In this document: positions 9,425-19,084 of the stretch, in pieces
Layout: each line of letters opens with the position of its first letter
How positions within the stretch are numbered: the stretch's first letter is position 1
Assembly (NCBI GenBank): GCA_030605415.1
Contig: JAUWIJ010000001.1
Coordinates: 568 to 64,567, forward strand
From: an archaeon
GTDB lineage: Archaea > Nanobdellota > Nanobdellia > Pacearchaeales > GW2011-AR1
DNA length: 64,000 nucleotides
Direction: 5' to 3'
Made by a program: the position numbers and the translations under genes
The notes under the pieces: generated by a model
Databases searched by the model: none
Seen by the model: the letters and a program-made list of their open reading frames with translations, nothing else
Told to the model about the DNA's origin: nothing

Positions 9425-9585
9425 AAGATACGCCAATTAGTTAAGATTATTGAAGAGATTATTAATATTTAATTCTAATTTAACAAAAAAATATAAGAAG
9501 GTTGTAGAAGATTTAGATTTATCCGATTTTGAAAAAACCAAAGAAGAATATAATACCTTTTTGTAGAAAATCACTTCTAAAATCC

Positions 9586-9771
9586 CTAAAAATCTCCACC
9601 AGGTCCAACCGGTGCTGGCGTAGGAGCTGGTTCACTCGCCGCTGGCGCACTCGTCGTTGATGTACTCGCCGCTGGCGCACTCGGACTACTCAAACCACCA
9701 TTGCTTTGAGTAATTGCATACAAAATCGCTCCACCAACCAAAGCTGTACCAAGAATTGTTAAACGAGACAA
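9586..9771 (-). CDS. Small membrane-anchored Pro/Ala/Ser/Thr-rich protein
   Basis: N-terminal hydrophobic segment, SAPAAS repeat; TTG start uncertain. Confidence 0.5.
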   Translation of the reverse strand: MSRLTILGTALVGGAILYAITQSNGGLSSPSAPAASTSTTSAPAASEPAPTPAPVGPGGDF

Positions 9772-9813
9772 CCATTACGCAAGGTTTATTAGTTTGTCTT
9801 TTGTTTTTATTGT

Positions 9814-12426
9814 ATGCCGTTTGATATAATTATTGGAAGAAACGAAAGCGACAAAAAAGCGTTCGGAAATAGAGGACTAGCTTTTATCGGGAAAAGTTTT
9901 GTTACAATGGGAAATTACACGTCGCTGTCGAACCCGATTTTCATGGACGTCGCTCGGTCGCATGTCATTCTAATAAGTGGAAAAAGAGGAAGCGGGAAAT
10001 GTCTTCACGAAGATAGCTTAATTAGTTTAGGAGACGGTTCTCAGGTTTCAATTAAAGATTTGGCTGAAAATTCTGAAAAGATTGTTTCAATGAATAATAA
10101 AATGAAAATGGAATTGGTGGATAAATCTAAGTTTTTTTCCAGAGAGGTTGATAAATTATTAAGTGTTAAACTAAGGAGTGGAAAAGAAATTAAATTAACT
10201 CCAGAGCATCCGCTTTTTACAGTGAAGGGGTGGATTCCTGTTGGTGAATTGGATGTTGGTAGTAGGATTGCGACTCCGAGGGTAATGCCGTGTTTTGGAG
10301 ATTTTCAAATGAAAGAGTGTGAGGTCAAGTTGCTTTCATACCTAATTGCGGAAGGGCATACTAAAAAAGTTGTTTTATTTTCTAATATGGATAAAGAAAT
10401 TGTTGAGGATTTTCGTGAAGCATTAAATAATTTTGATTCATCTCTAAGCTTAATTAAAGAACAAGAAGGTTGTTATAGAATTTCTGATCCTAATTGGAAG
10501 ACAAGTGTTTTGGAACATGATTTATCTCGGACTGATAAGGGGCAGTTTGTGAAAGGTACGAAAAATGTTTGTAGAAAAAGAAGTATTCGGGAATTGATTG
10601 AAAGGGAAAGTATTTTTGGAAAGTTGGCTGTCGAGAAATCCCTTTCTGATAATTTGATGAAACTAAGAAAGAAACAGATGATTTTGTTTTTAAATAGGTT
10701 GTTTAGTTGTGACGGGAGTATATATAAATCAAATAATTATTGGGAGATTTCTTATTCATCTTCTTCGGAAAAATTGATTTGTCAAGTTCAAAGCTTATTG
10801 TTGAGATTTGGTATTTTGTCTAAGCTGAGGGAGAAAAAAGTTAAATATAATGAGAAAATTTTTAATAGTTTTGAGTTGGTTTTGAATTCAGTTAATGTTG
10901 TGAGTTTTATTAAGCAAATTGGTTTTTTTGGACAGAAGGATGCTCGGATGGAAATTGCTCTTGAGGAAATTGATTTAGCCTCGAAGAATCCCAATGTTGA
11001 TATAATACCCAAGGAGATTTGGGATGGGTATCGTCCAAAGAATTGGGCAGAGATTGGTAGAAAATTGGGGTATAAACATCCTAAGGCAATGAGAGAAAGA
11101 ATTAGATATTGCCCTTCTCGAAATACTCTTATGAAGATTGCAGATGCCGATTCTCATGATTTATTTAAACGCTTTGCGAGTTCGGATATTTTTTGGGATG
11201 AGATTATTTCTGTTGATGTTTTAGAGGGAAATGCTACGGTTTATGATATTTGTGTTCCGCGTAATCATAATTTTGTTGCGAATGATATGATTGTTCATAA
11301 TAGCTACACAATTGGCACGATGGCTGAAGCGTTATCTGATTTGGGCGTCGAGGAGTCTGGGAATATAGCACCCTTGATTTTTGACACAATGGGAATTTTC
11401 TGGACGATGAAATATAAAAACGCAAAAGACGAAACCCTATTAGATGAATGGGAATTAGAACCAAAAAATATTCCAATGAGAGTTTTCGCCCCATTCGGTT
11501 ATTATCAAAAATATAAAGATAAGGGAGTTGATGTCGACGCTGAGTTTGCTATTAAAATTTCCGAGTTAGATTCGACAGATTGGGTCGCGCTTTTTGAGTT
11601 AAGGTTTACCGATGCGATTGCAGTTATAATTGAATCCGTAATCAGCGAGTTAAAAGAGTCAAAAGATAATTTTAGTTTTGAAGATATTTATAATTTAATT
11701 AGACGTGCGGAAAATGTTTCGCAGGAAGTCAAAAATTCGGCGATGGCATTATTCGATGCAGCGAAGAGCTGGAAGGTTTTTGACGAAGAAAAGGGAACAT
11801 CGGTCCGGGATTTGATTTCCGCAGGACGAACAACAGTGATTGACTTGTCGATGTATGCTTCGCTCGGAACTTTTAACGTCAGGGCTTTAATTATTAGTCT
11901 GGTTTCAAAGAAAATTTTTAATGAAAGGATGAGCGCAAGGAAAGACGAAGAAATTCAGGCAGTGCAACATGGTGCGGATTATGCGAGATATAAAATTAAA
12001 AGAGAGGTACCATTAGTCTGGATATTTATCGACGAAGCACACGAGTTTCTCCCCAGAGACGGAAAAACACCGGCGACAGATGCCCTGGTTCAAATATTAA
12101 GGGAGGGAAGACAACCCGGGATTTCAATAGTGATGGCGACGCAACAACCCGGAAAAATTCACACGGATGCGATGACCCAATCAGACATTATAATTTCACA
12201 TAGAGTCACAGCGAAGCTAGACGTCGACGCCCTAAATGACATTACGCAAAGCTATATGTATTCAAATATCTCGGAAAAAATTAACGGACTGCCTCGGCTG
12301 AAAGGTTCGGCTATTATTTTAGACGACAACTCGGAAAGAATTTATCCAATGAGAATCAGACCACGATGGACTTGGCACGGCGGCGAAGCACCGACAGCAA
12401 TCAAAAAAGTTGATGAAGAATTGTAG
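9814..12426 (+). CDS. HerA/FtsK-like (DUF87-type) ATPase containing an intein
   Basis: Walker A GKRGSGK|S, Walker B IFIDEAHEF, REGR, ATQQP. Confidence 0.85.
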   Translation: MPFDIIIGRNESDKKAFGNRGLAFIGKSFVTMGNYTSLSNPIFMDVARSHVILISGKRGSGKCLHEDSLISLGDGSQVSIKDLAENSEKIVSMNNKMKMELVDKSKFFSREVDKLLSVKLRSGKEIKLTPEHPLFTVKGWIPVGELDVGSRIATPRVMPCFGDFQMKECEVKLLSYLIAEGHTKKVVLFSNMDKEIVEDFREALNNFDSSLSLIKEQEGCYRISDPNWKTSVLEHDLSRTDKGQFVKGTKNVCRKRSIRELIERESIFGKLAVEKSLSDNLMKLRKKQMILFLNRLFSCDGSIYKSNNYWEISYSSSSEKLICQVQSLLLRFGILSKLREKKVKYNEKIFNSFELVLNSVNVVSFIKQIGFFGQKDARMEIALEEIDLASKNPNVDIIPKEIWDGYRPKNWAEIGRKLGYKHPKAMRERIRYCPSRNTLMKIADADSHDLFKRFASSDIFWDEIISVDVLEGNATVYDICVPRNHNFVANDMIVHNSYTIGTMAEALSDLGVEESGNIAPLIFDTMGIFWTMKYKNAKDETLLDEWELEPKNIPMRVFAPFGYYQKYKDKGVDVDAEFAIKISELDSTDWVALFELRFTDAIAVIIESVISELKESKDNFSFEDIYNLIRRAENVSQEVKNSAMALFDAAKSWKVFDEEKGTSVRDLISAGRTTVIDLSMYASLGTFNVRALIISLVSKKIFNERMSARKDEEIQAVQHGADYARYKIKREVPLVWIFIDEAHEFLPRDGKTPATDALVQILREGRQPGISIVMATQQPGKIHTDAMTQSDIIISHRVTAKLDVDALNDITQSYMYSNISEKINGLPRLKGSAIILDDNSERIYPMRIRPRWTWHGGEAPTAIKKVDEEL
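10000..11301 (+). mobile_element. Intein (434 aa) with LAGLIDADG homing endonuclease
   Basis: Starts CLHEDSL right after the Walker A Lys; TPEHP block B; LLSYLIAEG and LFSCDGS; ends YDI...NFVAN..IVHN|S. Confidence 0.92.
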
Positions 12427-12445
12427 GAAACGTCTTTGACGTTGC

Positions 12446-12512
12446 GGTTGGGAGTTAGGGGTTGGGAGTTGGGGGCGGGAAACTCCAAACTCCAAACTTC
12501 TAACTACCAACT
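12446..12512. repeat. Heptamer-based inverted repeat (GGGAGTT / AACTCCA-AACTACC)
   Basis: G-rich heptamer arm followed by a complementary C-rich arm; related to 19491-19560 and the rtcB insert. Confidence 0.75.
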
Positions 12513-12661
12513 GGAGAGGGGGGAAATATTTATAAACAAGTCATTCTTAATATATTCAGAAAATGGTGAAAAAAATTCAGATTAACATGTCGAACAAATC
12601 GTTTTATTCGTTGATTGTGTTTGGGGTTTTGATTTTGGCAGGCATTGGAGTTTACGCTTAT
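12495..12661 (+). repeat. 167-bp promoter plus signal-peptide cassette, copy 1 (copy 2 at 19543-19709)
   Basis: One mismatch seen between the copies; includes the TTTATAAA box and the first 33 codons. Confidence 0.9.
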
Positions 12662-13234
12662 AATTCTGGGGCTGACCCGTCGGTGATGGGGCATTCTATT
12701 GATGAGATTGAGGGATTGGGTTCTCTTATGGATAATTATTACACTAAAAGTGAAGTTTATACTCAAAGTGAAGTTTACACCAAAGAACAAATTGATGCTA
12801 TGATTTCTACAATAGAATCTGGCGGAACTGGATGTCCTGTAGGATATACACTTTATAAACAAAGCACTGAAACAGCGAAATGTTATAAGGATGGAAAGAT
12901 TATTACTATTCTATGGTATGCGTATGGTACAGTGATGAGTGGGCGTGACTGGCAGTGTGAAGGACGTATTAATAGTGGGAACCTTCAAACTCGCGCAACT
13001 TCCAACCCTGGAGATTATAATGAGGTTTCTAGTGGTTGGGTAGATGGAACAAGCGAAACATACCAAATGTATTATCCTCAATATAGAATTAGATGTGTTC
13101 CAAATTGGAAAGGAATGATTATGCAATATGAGAATTCAGTATATGGCACTCCAATGTGGCGCCCAACAGCGGAGTATCATCTAAGCCCAAAAGGGTATGA
13201 AGTTAGTTGGGGTAATGTTCTCCAAATTAATTAA
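12563..13234 (+). CDS. Secreted/anchored protein with a shared N-terminus and YTKSE-type fibre repeats
   Basis: TM/signal segment, GHSxxEIEGLG, YYTKSEVYTQSEVYTKEQID. Confidence 0.65.
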   Translation: MVKKIQINMSNKSFYSLIVFGVLILAGIGVYAYNSGADPSVMGHSIDEIEGLGSLMDNYYTKSEVYTQSEVYTKEQIDAMISTIESGGTGCPVGYTLYKQSTETAKCYKDGKIITILWYAYGTVMSGRDWQCEGRINSGNLQTRATSNPGDYNEVSSGWVDGTSETYQMYYPQYRIRCVPNWKGMIMQYENSVYGTPMWRPTAEYHLSPKGYEVSWGNVLQIN

Positions 13235-13300
13235 CTTCTGACATAATTAAAAATTAATTAAGTGTAATAATATTTATAAAGAGTTGAAAGATAAGATTTC

Positions 13301-13987
13301 ATGGGAGTTATCGCGAGCTCAAGTAACTGGATAGATTATGCCAATGCGGTTGGAGATTTTAATAAAGCTCATAGAAAAGATACCGTTGCTCAAGAGTATG
13401 GTTTAGATAGTAAAATTGCTCCCGGAATGTGGTTGGCTTCGCATATTCAGGGAAAGGAAAAAATTTCTGGCGTAAAACAAATTAAATTTCCCGAAGTGGT
13501 TCACGAGTGGGATTATTTTGAAATTACAAATACTAATGGGAAACCAAAAGAGAGAAATTATAAATTTAATTGTGAGGGCAAAAAAGTATGTGAAATTACA
13601 GGTGTTGCATTTCGAGATTACGATAGTCCCGCGGGAGATTTAGAAGACGTCCTCCATGAATACAAAACAGAGATAAGACAAAACCAAATCAATAACTATT
13701 GGAAATCTATCGGTCATCTTAAAGGAAACGGCAAGACTTTACCTAATATGTATTTAGCGTCACTGTTTGCTCCGGCTCTGTTAGATTTTGGAGAAAAAAC
13801 GGGATTGACAGGTTTTCATGCGACTCAAAATTTTCAAATTCATAAAGATTATTCCGAAGGGAAAATTAACTTTTTAATCGGGGACAGAAAAGACAGAGGA
13901 CCATTAAGTTTTTTGAAATTAAGAGGTTATCAAAATGGCGATATGGTAATTTCCGGAGGGGCAGGAATTCTTCTTTCTGATATGTAA
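13301..13987 (+). CDS. MaoC-like (hot-dog fold) dehydratase
   Basis: YANAVGDFNKAH...IAPGM resembles the MaoC GDxNPIH...IAHGM motif. Confidence 0.6.
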   Translation: MGVIASSSNWIDYANAVGDFNKAHRKDTVAQEYGLDSKIAPGMWLASHIQGKEKISGVKQIKFPEVVHEWDYFEITNTNGKPKERNYKFNCEGKKVCEITGVAFRDYDSPAGDLEDVLHEYKTEIRQNQINNYWKSIGHLKGNGKTLPNMYLASLFAPALLDFGEKTGLTGFHATQNFQIHKDYSEGKINFLIGDRKDRGPLSFLKLRGYQNGDMVISGGAGILLSDM

Positions 13988-14037
13988 TTATTTAACCTTA
14001 AAGCTCACTTGCCAACAGTATCTGTAAGCTCCAATAT
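13988..14037 (-). pseudogene. Short remnant of the tRNA methyltransferase 3' end
   Basis: Encodes IGAYRYCWQVSFKVK*, versus IGAYKYRWQASFKVR* in 16589-17485. Confidence 0.7.
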
Positions 14038-14074
14038 GGGCACAAATAAATTATAGTTTAAATGGTGCCCATAT
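14034..14074. repeat. Palindrome ATATGGGCAC-N21-GTGCCCATAT downstream of fic
   Basis: Perfect 10-bp arms, same geometry as 15001-15041. Confidence 0.85.
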
Positions 14075-14080
14075 TTTAGA

Positions 14081-14992
14081 TTAATCAAAAAAGTCTTTGA
14101 TGTTTTCTTCGAGTGTCTCAATTAGAAAAAAAAATATTAAATCATATTTTTCGTCGTTTGCTCCCCTTGTTGCTTGTAAGTATTTTTGTCTTTGTTTACT
14201 ATATATGTTTATCCAGGGATAGTTTTTTTTGCTTAGTAGAAAATTCATAATTAGTCTTGAAACTCTTCCGTTTCCGTCTATGAAAGGGTGGATTGTTACG
14301 AATTTCATTGAAACTAAGATTGCTAATTCGAATGGGGAGTAGTTGTTTTTATTTTGTTTATACCAGTAGAGTAAATTTCTTATTAGCTGCGGGACTTTTT
14401 CTGGGACAGGAATCTTGAAGGTGCTGCCGGTGATTCTTACATTTGTTTGTCTGTACTTTCCTGCAAATCTTTCTGAGATATCTTTTAGTATTATGGAATG
14501 TAGTTTTAGGATGAGTTCTTCGGTTAAATCTCCTTTGTATTCTTTTAGATAATTTAGTACCTTTTGGTGATTTTTTGCTTCGTAGATTTCTCTTATCGTT
14601 TTTCCTTCTGGTGAAATATTGTCGTTAATAATTAGAGATGTTTCTTGTAGTGAGAGTGTATTTCCTTCTATCGCGTTGCTGTTATAGGTTAGCTCTGTGA
14701 AAAATGCCTCTTCGAATTTTTCGAATTCGTCTTTGTTTAGTTTTTTAATTTCTTTGTTGTATTTGTTTTTTAGCGTTTCAATTCGAGTTGCTTGGTCTTT
14801 TTCTATGTAGTTGTATTTTTCTGCCATTAATTCTGTTTCGAATTTTTCTTTTAATTCTATTATTTCTTTTTTGGATTTTGTTCCCGTTCCAATGAATTTG
14901 CTTTTTTTAATCCATTTATTGTTAACTCGTTTGTTGTGGATTAGGTAATTTTGGGTTTCTCTATTAACTTTTCTTGTCTCATGATATACCAT
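14081..14992 (-). CDS. Fic/DOC family protein
   Basis: HPFIDGNGRVSR; inhibitory-type SNAIEGN motif. Confidence 0.92.
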   Translation of the reverse strand: MVYHETRKVNRETQNYLIHNKRVNNKWIKKSKFIGTGTKSKKEIIELKEKFETELMAEKYNYIEKDQATRIETLKNKYNKEIKKLNKDEFEKFEEAFFTELTYNSNAIEGNTLSLQETSLIINDNISPEGKTIREIYEAKNHQKVLNYLKEYKGDLTEELILKLHSIILKDISERFAGKYRQTNVRITGSTFKIPVPEKVPQLIRNLLYWYKQNKNNYSPFELAILVSMKFVTIHPFIDGNGRVSRLIMNFLLSKKNYPWINIYSKQRQKYLQATRGANDEKYDLIFFFLIETLEENIKDFFD

Positions 14993-15000
14993 ATTTATTT

Positions 15001-15041
15001 ATATGGGCACATGTTTATAAATGTTTGTTTTGTGCCCATAT
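15001..15041. promoter_or_regulatory. Palindrome ATATGGGCAC-N21-GTGCCCATAT straddling the fic TATA box
   Basis: Arms flank TTTATAAA just upstream of the fic ATG. Confidence 0.75.
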
Positions 15042-15046
15042 GAGAT

Positions 15047-15214
15047 TTATCATTTAACTTTAAATGTTGCTTGCCAACGGTATTTATAAGCTCCGATGTC
15101 GCCGGCTTTTCGGATTTTGATTTTGCCGATTTTACATAGAGTGTCTTTTTTTATTTCGTCCAAGACTTCTTCCCTTGTCCCAAACCCGTGATAAAAAATT
15201 ACCGTTCCCTTTTT
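15047..15214 (-). pseudogene. Longer remnant of the tRNA methyltransferase 3' end
   Basis: Encodes KGTVIFYHGFGTREEVLDEIKKD...KAGDIGAYKYRWQATFKVK*, a diverged copy of 16589-16755. Confidence 0.85.
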
Positions 15215-15328
15215 AGAAGTCACTAAAATTACAAATATATCTTATTTCTATTAACAATGGAAATTATATGACCAATATCTCCATTCTAAATGGATAGTTT
15301 TATAAAGTCTATTCGTCATAGAATGTTT

Positions 15329-16579
15329 ATGAATAAAATAGAGCTTAAAGAAATAATTTTAGATCAAAATAGGGAAAGAAAAGAAGAAAAGCTAATAGAA
15401 AGGGAAGTTTTTTCTAAAATTAAAGATTATGCAAAAAATCGTTTTGTAATAATTATTTCGGGGATACGAAGAAGTGGCAAATCAACATTATTGAGTCAAA
15501 TAAAGAATAAATATCCTGGTTATTATCTTAATTTTGACGACGACAGATTAGTCAATTTTAAATTAGAAAATTTTCAAATTTTATATGAAACTCTTATTGA
15601 GATATATGGTGAAAAAAATAATTTTTATTTTGACGAAATACAAAATATTGCGGGATGGGAAAGATTTGTCAGAAGATTACATGATGAAAGAGAAAAGGTT
15701 TTTGTAACTGGCTCTAATGCTTCTATGCTTAGCAGAGAGCTTGGAACTCATTTAACAGGAAGACATTTAGAAATGAACTTGTTTCCCTTTTCATTTAGAG
15801 AATTTTTAAATTTCAAGGAATTCAGTATAAATAAAAAATCAATTTACCTGACTAAAGAAAAAGCAAAAATAAAAAAATATTTTGAAGAATATTTATTAGA
15901 GGGAGGACTTCCGGAATATCTCAAGACCAATAATAAAGAATATCTTAAAACTCTTTATGATAATATTCTGTATAGGGATATAATAGTAAGATATAAGTTG
16001 TCAAATGAAAAAATTATAAAGGAGCTTGTTTATTTAGCCGTGACTAATATAGCAAAAGAAATAAGTTTCAATTCAATGAAAAAGTTATTGGGTTTTGGAA
16101 GTTCAACCACCGTAAAAGAGTATTTCAGTTATTTAGAGAACAGTTTTCTTATTTTTTTAGTGCCAAAATTTGACTATTCTTTAAAGAAACAAGTTTATTC
16201 AAATAAAAAAGTATACGTGATTGATAATGGTCTTGCGGTGAATTTAGGATTTAGATTTTCAAAAGATTCAGGCAAGTTGTTAGAAAATCTTGTGTTTGTC
16301 GAATTAAAAAGGAAGGGCAGAGAAATATTTTATTATTCTAATAAGCATGAATGTGATTTTGTCATTAGAGATAAAATGAAAATTAAAGAGGCGATACAAG
16401 TTTGTTATGAGTTTAATGAAGAGAATAAAAAGAGAGAGATTGAAGGACTGGTTGAAGCTATGGAAAATTTCAAATTGAAGAATGGCTTAATTTTAACTTA
16501 TGACCAAAATGAAGAATTTATTTTTAAAAAGAAAAATATAAAAGTTATTTCTGTTTGGAAATGGCTGTTAGAAGAATAA
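15329..16579 (+). CDS. AAA+ ATPase (AAA_14/DUF4143 type)
   Basis: GIRRSGKST, FDEIQ, VTGSN, GGLPE, ENLV, ECDF. Confidence 0.9.
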   Translation: MNKIELKEIILDQNRERKEEKLIEREVFSKIKDYAKNRFVIIISGIRRSGKSTLLSQIKNKYPGYYLNFDDDRLVNFKLENFQILYETLIEIYGEKNNFYFDEIQNIAGWERFVRRLHDEREKVFVTGSNASMLSRELGTHLTGRHLEMNLFPFSFREFLNFKEFSINKKSIYLTKEKAKIKKYFEEYLLEGGLPEYLKTNNKEYLKTLYDNILYRDIIVRYKLSNEKIIKELVYLAVTNIAKEISFNSMKKLLGFGSSTTVKEYFSYLENSFLIFLVPKFDYSLKKQVYSNKKVYVIDNGLAVNLGFRFSKDSGKLLENLVFVELKRKGREIFYYSNKHECDFVIRDKMKIKEAIQVCYEFNEENKKREIEGLVEAMENFKLKNGLILTYDQNEEFIFKKKNIKVISVWKWLLEE

Positions 16580-16588
16580 AGGTTTTAA

Positions 16589-17485
16589 TCATCTAACCTT
16601 AAAACTCGCTTGCCAACGATACTTATAAGCCCCGATATCACCCGCCTTTCGGATTTTGATTCTGCCGATTTTATTTTTAGTGTCTGTTTTTATTTCGCTT
16701 AAAACTTCTTCCCTTGTCCCAAACCCGTGATAGAAAATTATTGTTCCTTTCTTTGAAAGTTTAAGCGCGGTTTTGAGAAAAGTATCTTTGAGGTTTGGTC
16801 GGGGCATCAAGATAATATCGAAGGTTTCGATATTATCAGGGATTAGGAATTTGGGATTTGGAATTTGTGGGAGCAGAGGACTACCAACTACAAACTCCCA
16901 ACTCCGAACTGGGGATGAGGATTTGGAATTAGGGACATGTCTAAGTTTTGTTGGTAATTTCTTCGCGTCGCCATCGACCAATGTTATATAATTTTGAAAT
17001 TTATTCAGAACAATATTTTTCTTCGCTGACTCATTCGCCTTTTTATTAAGTTCATTTGAAATTATGACCGCGTGTTTCCCCGCCTGTTTTAATTTTCTCG
17101 CAATAATAATTGGATAAGGAGCAACTCCGGCAAACATGACAAGGATTTTTGTGCCAGATTTTTTAGATAACTTAACAACCTCGTCGGCGATAATTTTTCT
17201 TTCATTTGACAACCGCGGAGAAAAATAAGATTCGTCGATATTAAATTTGAATACACACTGGTTTTCTCTGTATATTGTTTCCTTTGTTTTGATTCCCGCG
17301 AGGTGTTTTGTTTTCAAGATTCGAAGTTTTCCCGAGAAGCCTTCGGTTTTTTCGACGACAGTCATAACTGTTTTATTCTCTTTCAAAAATTTTCTTGCTT
17401 TTAATTTTTTAATTAACCATAAGGTTCGTCTTGGAAATTTTAGAATCGCGATATTTCCGAGGATGTCCTGAGGAATTTTTTTCAT
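16589..17485 (-). CDS. Trm5/Taw2-family tRNA methyltransferase with an in-frame repeat insertion
   Basis: DILGNIAI, YFSPRLSNER, VMFAGVAPY, FDIILMP; about 40-aa foreign insert. Confidence 0.85.
   Translation of the reverse strand: MKKIPQDILGNIAILKFPRRTLWLIKKLKARKFLKENKTVMTVVEKTEGFSGKLRILKTKHLAGIKTKETIYRENQCVFKFNIDESYFSPRLSNERKIIADEVVKLSKKSGTKILVMFAGVAPYPIIIARKLKQAGKHAVIISNELNKKANESAKKNIVLNKFQNYITLVDGDAKKLPTKLRHVPNSKSSSPVRSWEFVVGSPLLPQIPNPKFLIPDNIETFDIILMPRPNLKDTFLKTALKLSKKGTIIFYHGFGTREEVLSEIKTDTKNKIGRIKIRKAGDIGAYKYRWQASFKVR
16838..16940. repeat. Heptamer element inside the methyltransferase; 76-bp core shared with 31453-31528
   Basis: 16850-16925 versus 31453-31528, 3 mismatches. Confidence 0.9.
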
Positions 17486-17623
17486 AAATAAATACAATTT
17501 CATAGATATAAAAAGTTTTGGAAGCGTTTCTGACGTTACTTTATAATGACCTCATTTCAAAAGATTTATAAAGTCTTATTACTCGCTACAAATATCACTT
17601 GCAGGAAGAAGAGTTCTATCAAG

Positions 17624-18271
17624 ATGGAAAATAAAATTTGGGCGGTTTGGATTTCGGGAATTTTTTTAGCTGTTGCGATTTTGTCAAATTCTGCGTACGC
17701 ATCAGAGAGCACTACCTCGGTAAATTTTACAATTATTTTAAATAACGATTCTCAGAATGAAAATCTTTTTAATGGTTCCGTTGAAAACTTAATTGTTGAA
17801 GACAAATCCTTCGACTGGATTTATTTATCCTGGGATAATCCAGATGGAATATTTTCAAATCTTATTTCTTTAGATAGATTTTTGATAGGAAATACATCTG
17901 GCGAATTTTTTAATATTACTAATTTAACCGAAAACACTTTGTATGATATTTCAATTATTAGCACAGATAATTCTTCCAATTACGGTCCAACAGTTAATTT
18001 GTCTGTAACAACTCTTAGCATAACAAACGGAAATGACGACGAAGAAAACGAAGAAGATAACGACAATTACTACAGAGAATATATCACTCCAAGTTACTTT
18101 TCGAATGACGATTCAAAGAAAAAAGAAAGTGTAACAATTTATTTAAATAACGGCTTCCCAAAAATATCCAAATCCTTTTCATGGCTGAACTCATTTCTAA
18201 TATCCATTAGTTTAGCTATCTGCATTTTAACATTATCAATTTCTATTTTAATAGTAAATAGAAAATATTAA
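17624..18271 (+). CDS. Secreted, C-terminally anchored fibronectin type III-like protein
   Basis: Signal peptide, IYLSWDNP...ITNLTENTLYDISI, C-terminal TM. Confidence 0.65.
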   Translation: MENKIWAVWISGIFLAVAILSNSAYASESTTSVNFTIILNNDSQNENLFNGSVENLIVEDKSFDWIYLSWDNPDGIFSNLISLDRFLIGNTSGEFFNITNLTENTLYDISIISTDNSSNYGPTVNLSVTTLSITNGNDDEENEEDNDNYYREYITPSYFSNDDSKKKESVTIYLNNGFPKISKSFSWLNSFLISISLAICILTLSISILIVNRKY

Positions 18272-18316
18272 CAATTTCCAAAGATATAAAAAGGTTGTTT
18301 GATTTGATTTATTGAG

Positions 18317-18607
18317 GTGAAAATGTTATCTGATATTCCAAAAAGCTTAGAGAAAGTTTCTGGCGCTAATTTAGATAAAGAAATTCTTAGAGTTGGAATA
18401 ATTGCCGAACTTGATGCTATTTCCTTATACGAACAGTTATCTGCCACGACAAAGGATAAAAATTTAAAAAAAGTTTTATTGGATATTGCGAAAGAAGAAA
18501 AAACTCATGCAGGAGAATTTGAAGAATTACTAAAAAGGACAGATAAGGAATATGCTAAAGAAATTGAATCTGGAAAAGAGGAAGTGGAAGAATTAACAAG
18601 CAAATAA
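18317..18607 (+). CDS. Ferritin-like/rubrerythrin family protein
   Basis: AELDAISLYEQ...IAKEEKTHAGEF. Confidence 0.85.
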   Translation: MKMLSDIPKSLEKVSGANLDKEILRVGIIAELDAISLYEQLSATTKDKNLKKVLLDIAKEEKTHAGEFEELLKRTDKEYAKEIESGKEEVEELTSK

Positions 18608-18879
18608 TGGCAAAGAAAAAAAAGGTGAGCAAAATGAAAGTTTCTGAGGATTCTTGGTTTAGAAAAAGAACCGAAAATTCAGAAAAAAGCTGGGGTTTTA
18701 TTCCAGTTAATTGGAAAGGCTGGGTAGCTTTAATTTTACTGATTGGAGTAAATGCTTTTGCGGCGAATTATTTTGATGTAATGAATGTTAGATTTAGAGA
18801 AGTGAGCAAATTTCTGGTCGTGTTTTTGTTTTCACTTGTTGTTTTTATTCTAATTGCGAAAAAGAAGACAAAAGTTTAG
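18607..18879 (+). CDS. Small membrane protein
   Basis: WGFIPVNWKGW followed by two TM segments. Confidence 0.65.
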   Translation: MAKKKKVSKMKVSEDSWFRKRTENSEKSWGFIPVNWKGWVALILLIGVNAFAANYFDVMNVRFREVSKFLVVFLFSLVVFILIAKKKTKV

Positions 18880-19042
18880 TTCTGAGTTCTTTCCCAAGAC
18901 CGCTCATTCCTCGCTCTTAGATCTCAGACCGCTCATTTCATTCACTCTTAGAACCACCCCCGGGACGTGCCCCCTTCCCCCTCTAAGTTCTGAGAGCGAA
19001 GCGGTCTGAGTTCTGAGTTCTAGTTGGAGTTCTCAGTTCTGC
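18878..19042. repeat. CTGAGTT/AACTCAG-family composite repeat
   Basis: TCTGAGT heptamers and GACCGCTC units related to 35487-35780 and the gatE 5' insert. Confidence 0.75.
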
Positions 19043-19084
19043 AAGATTAGAAAACTATTAAAGTAAAAGAATCTATTATCTTTA

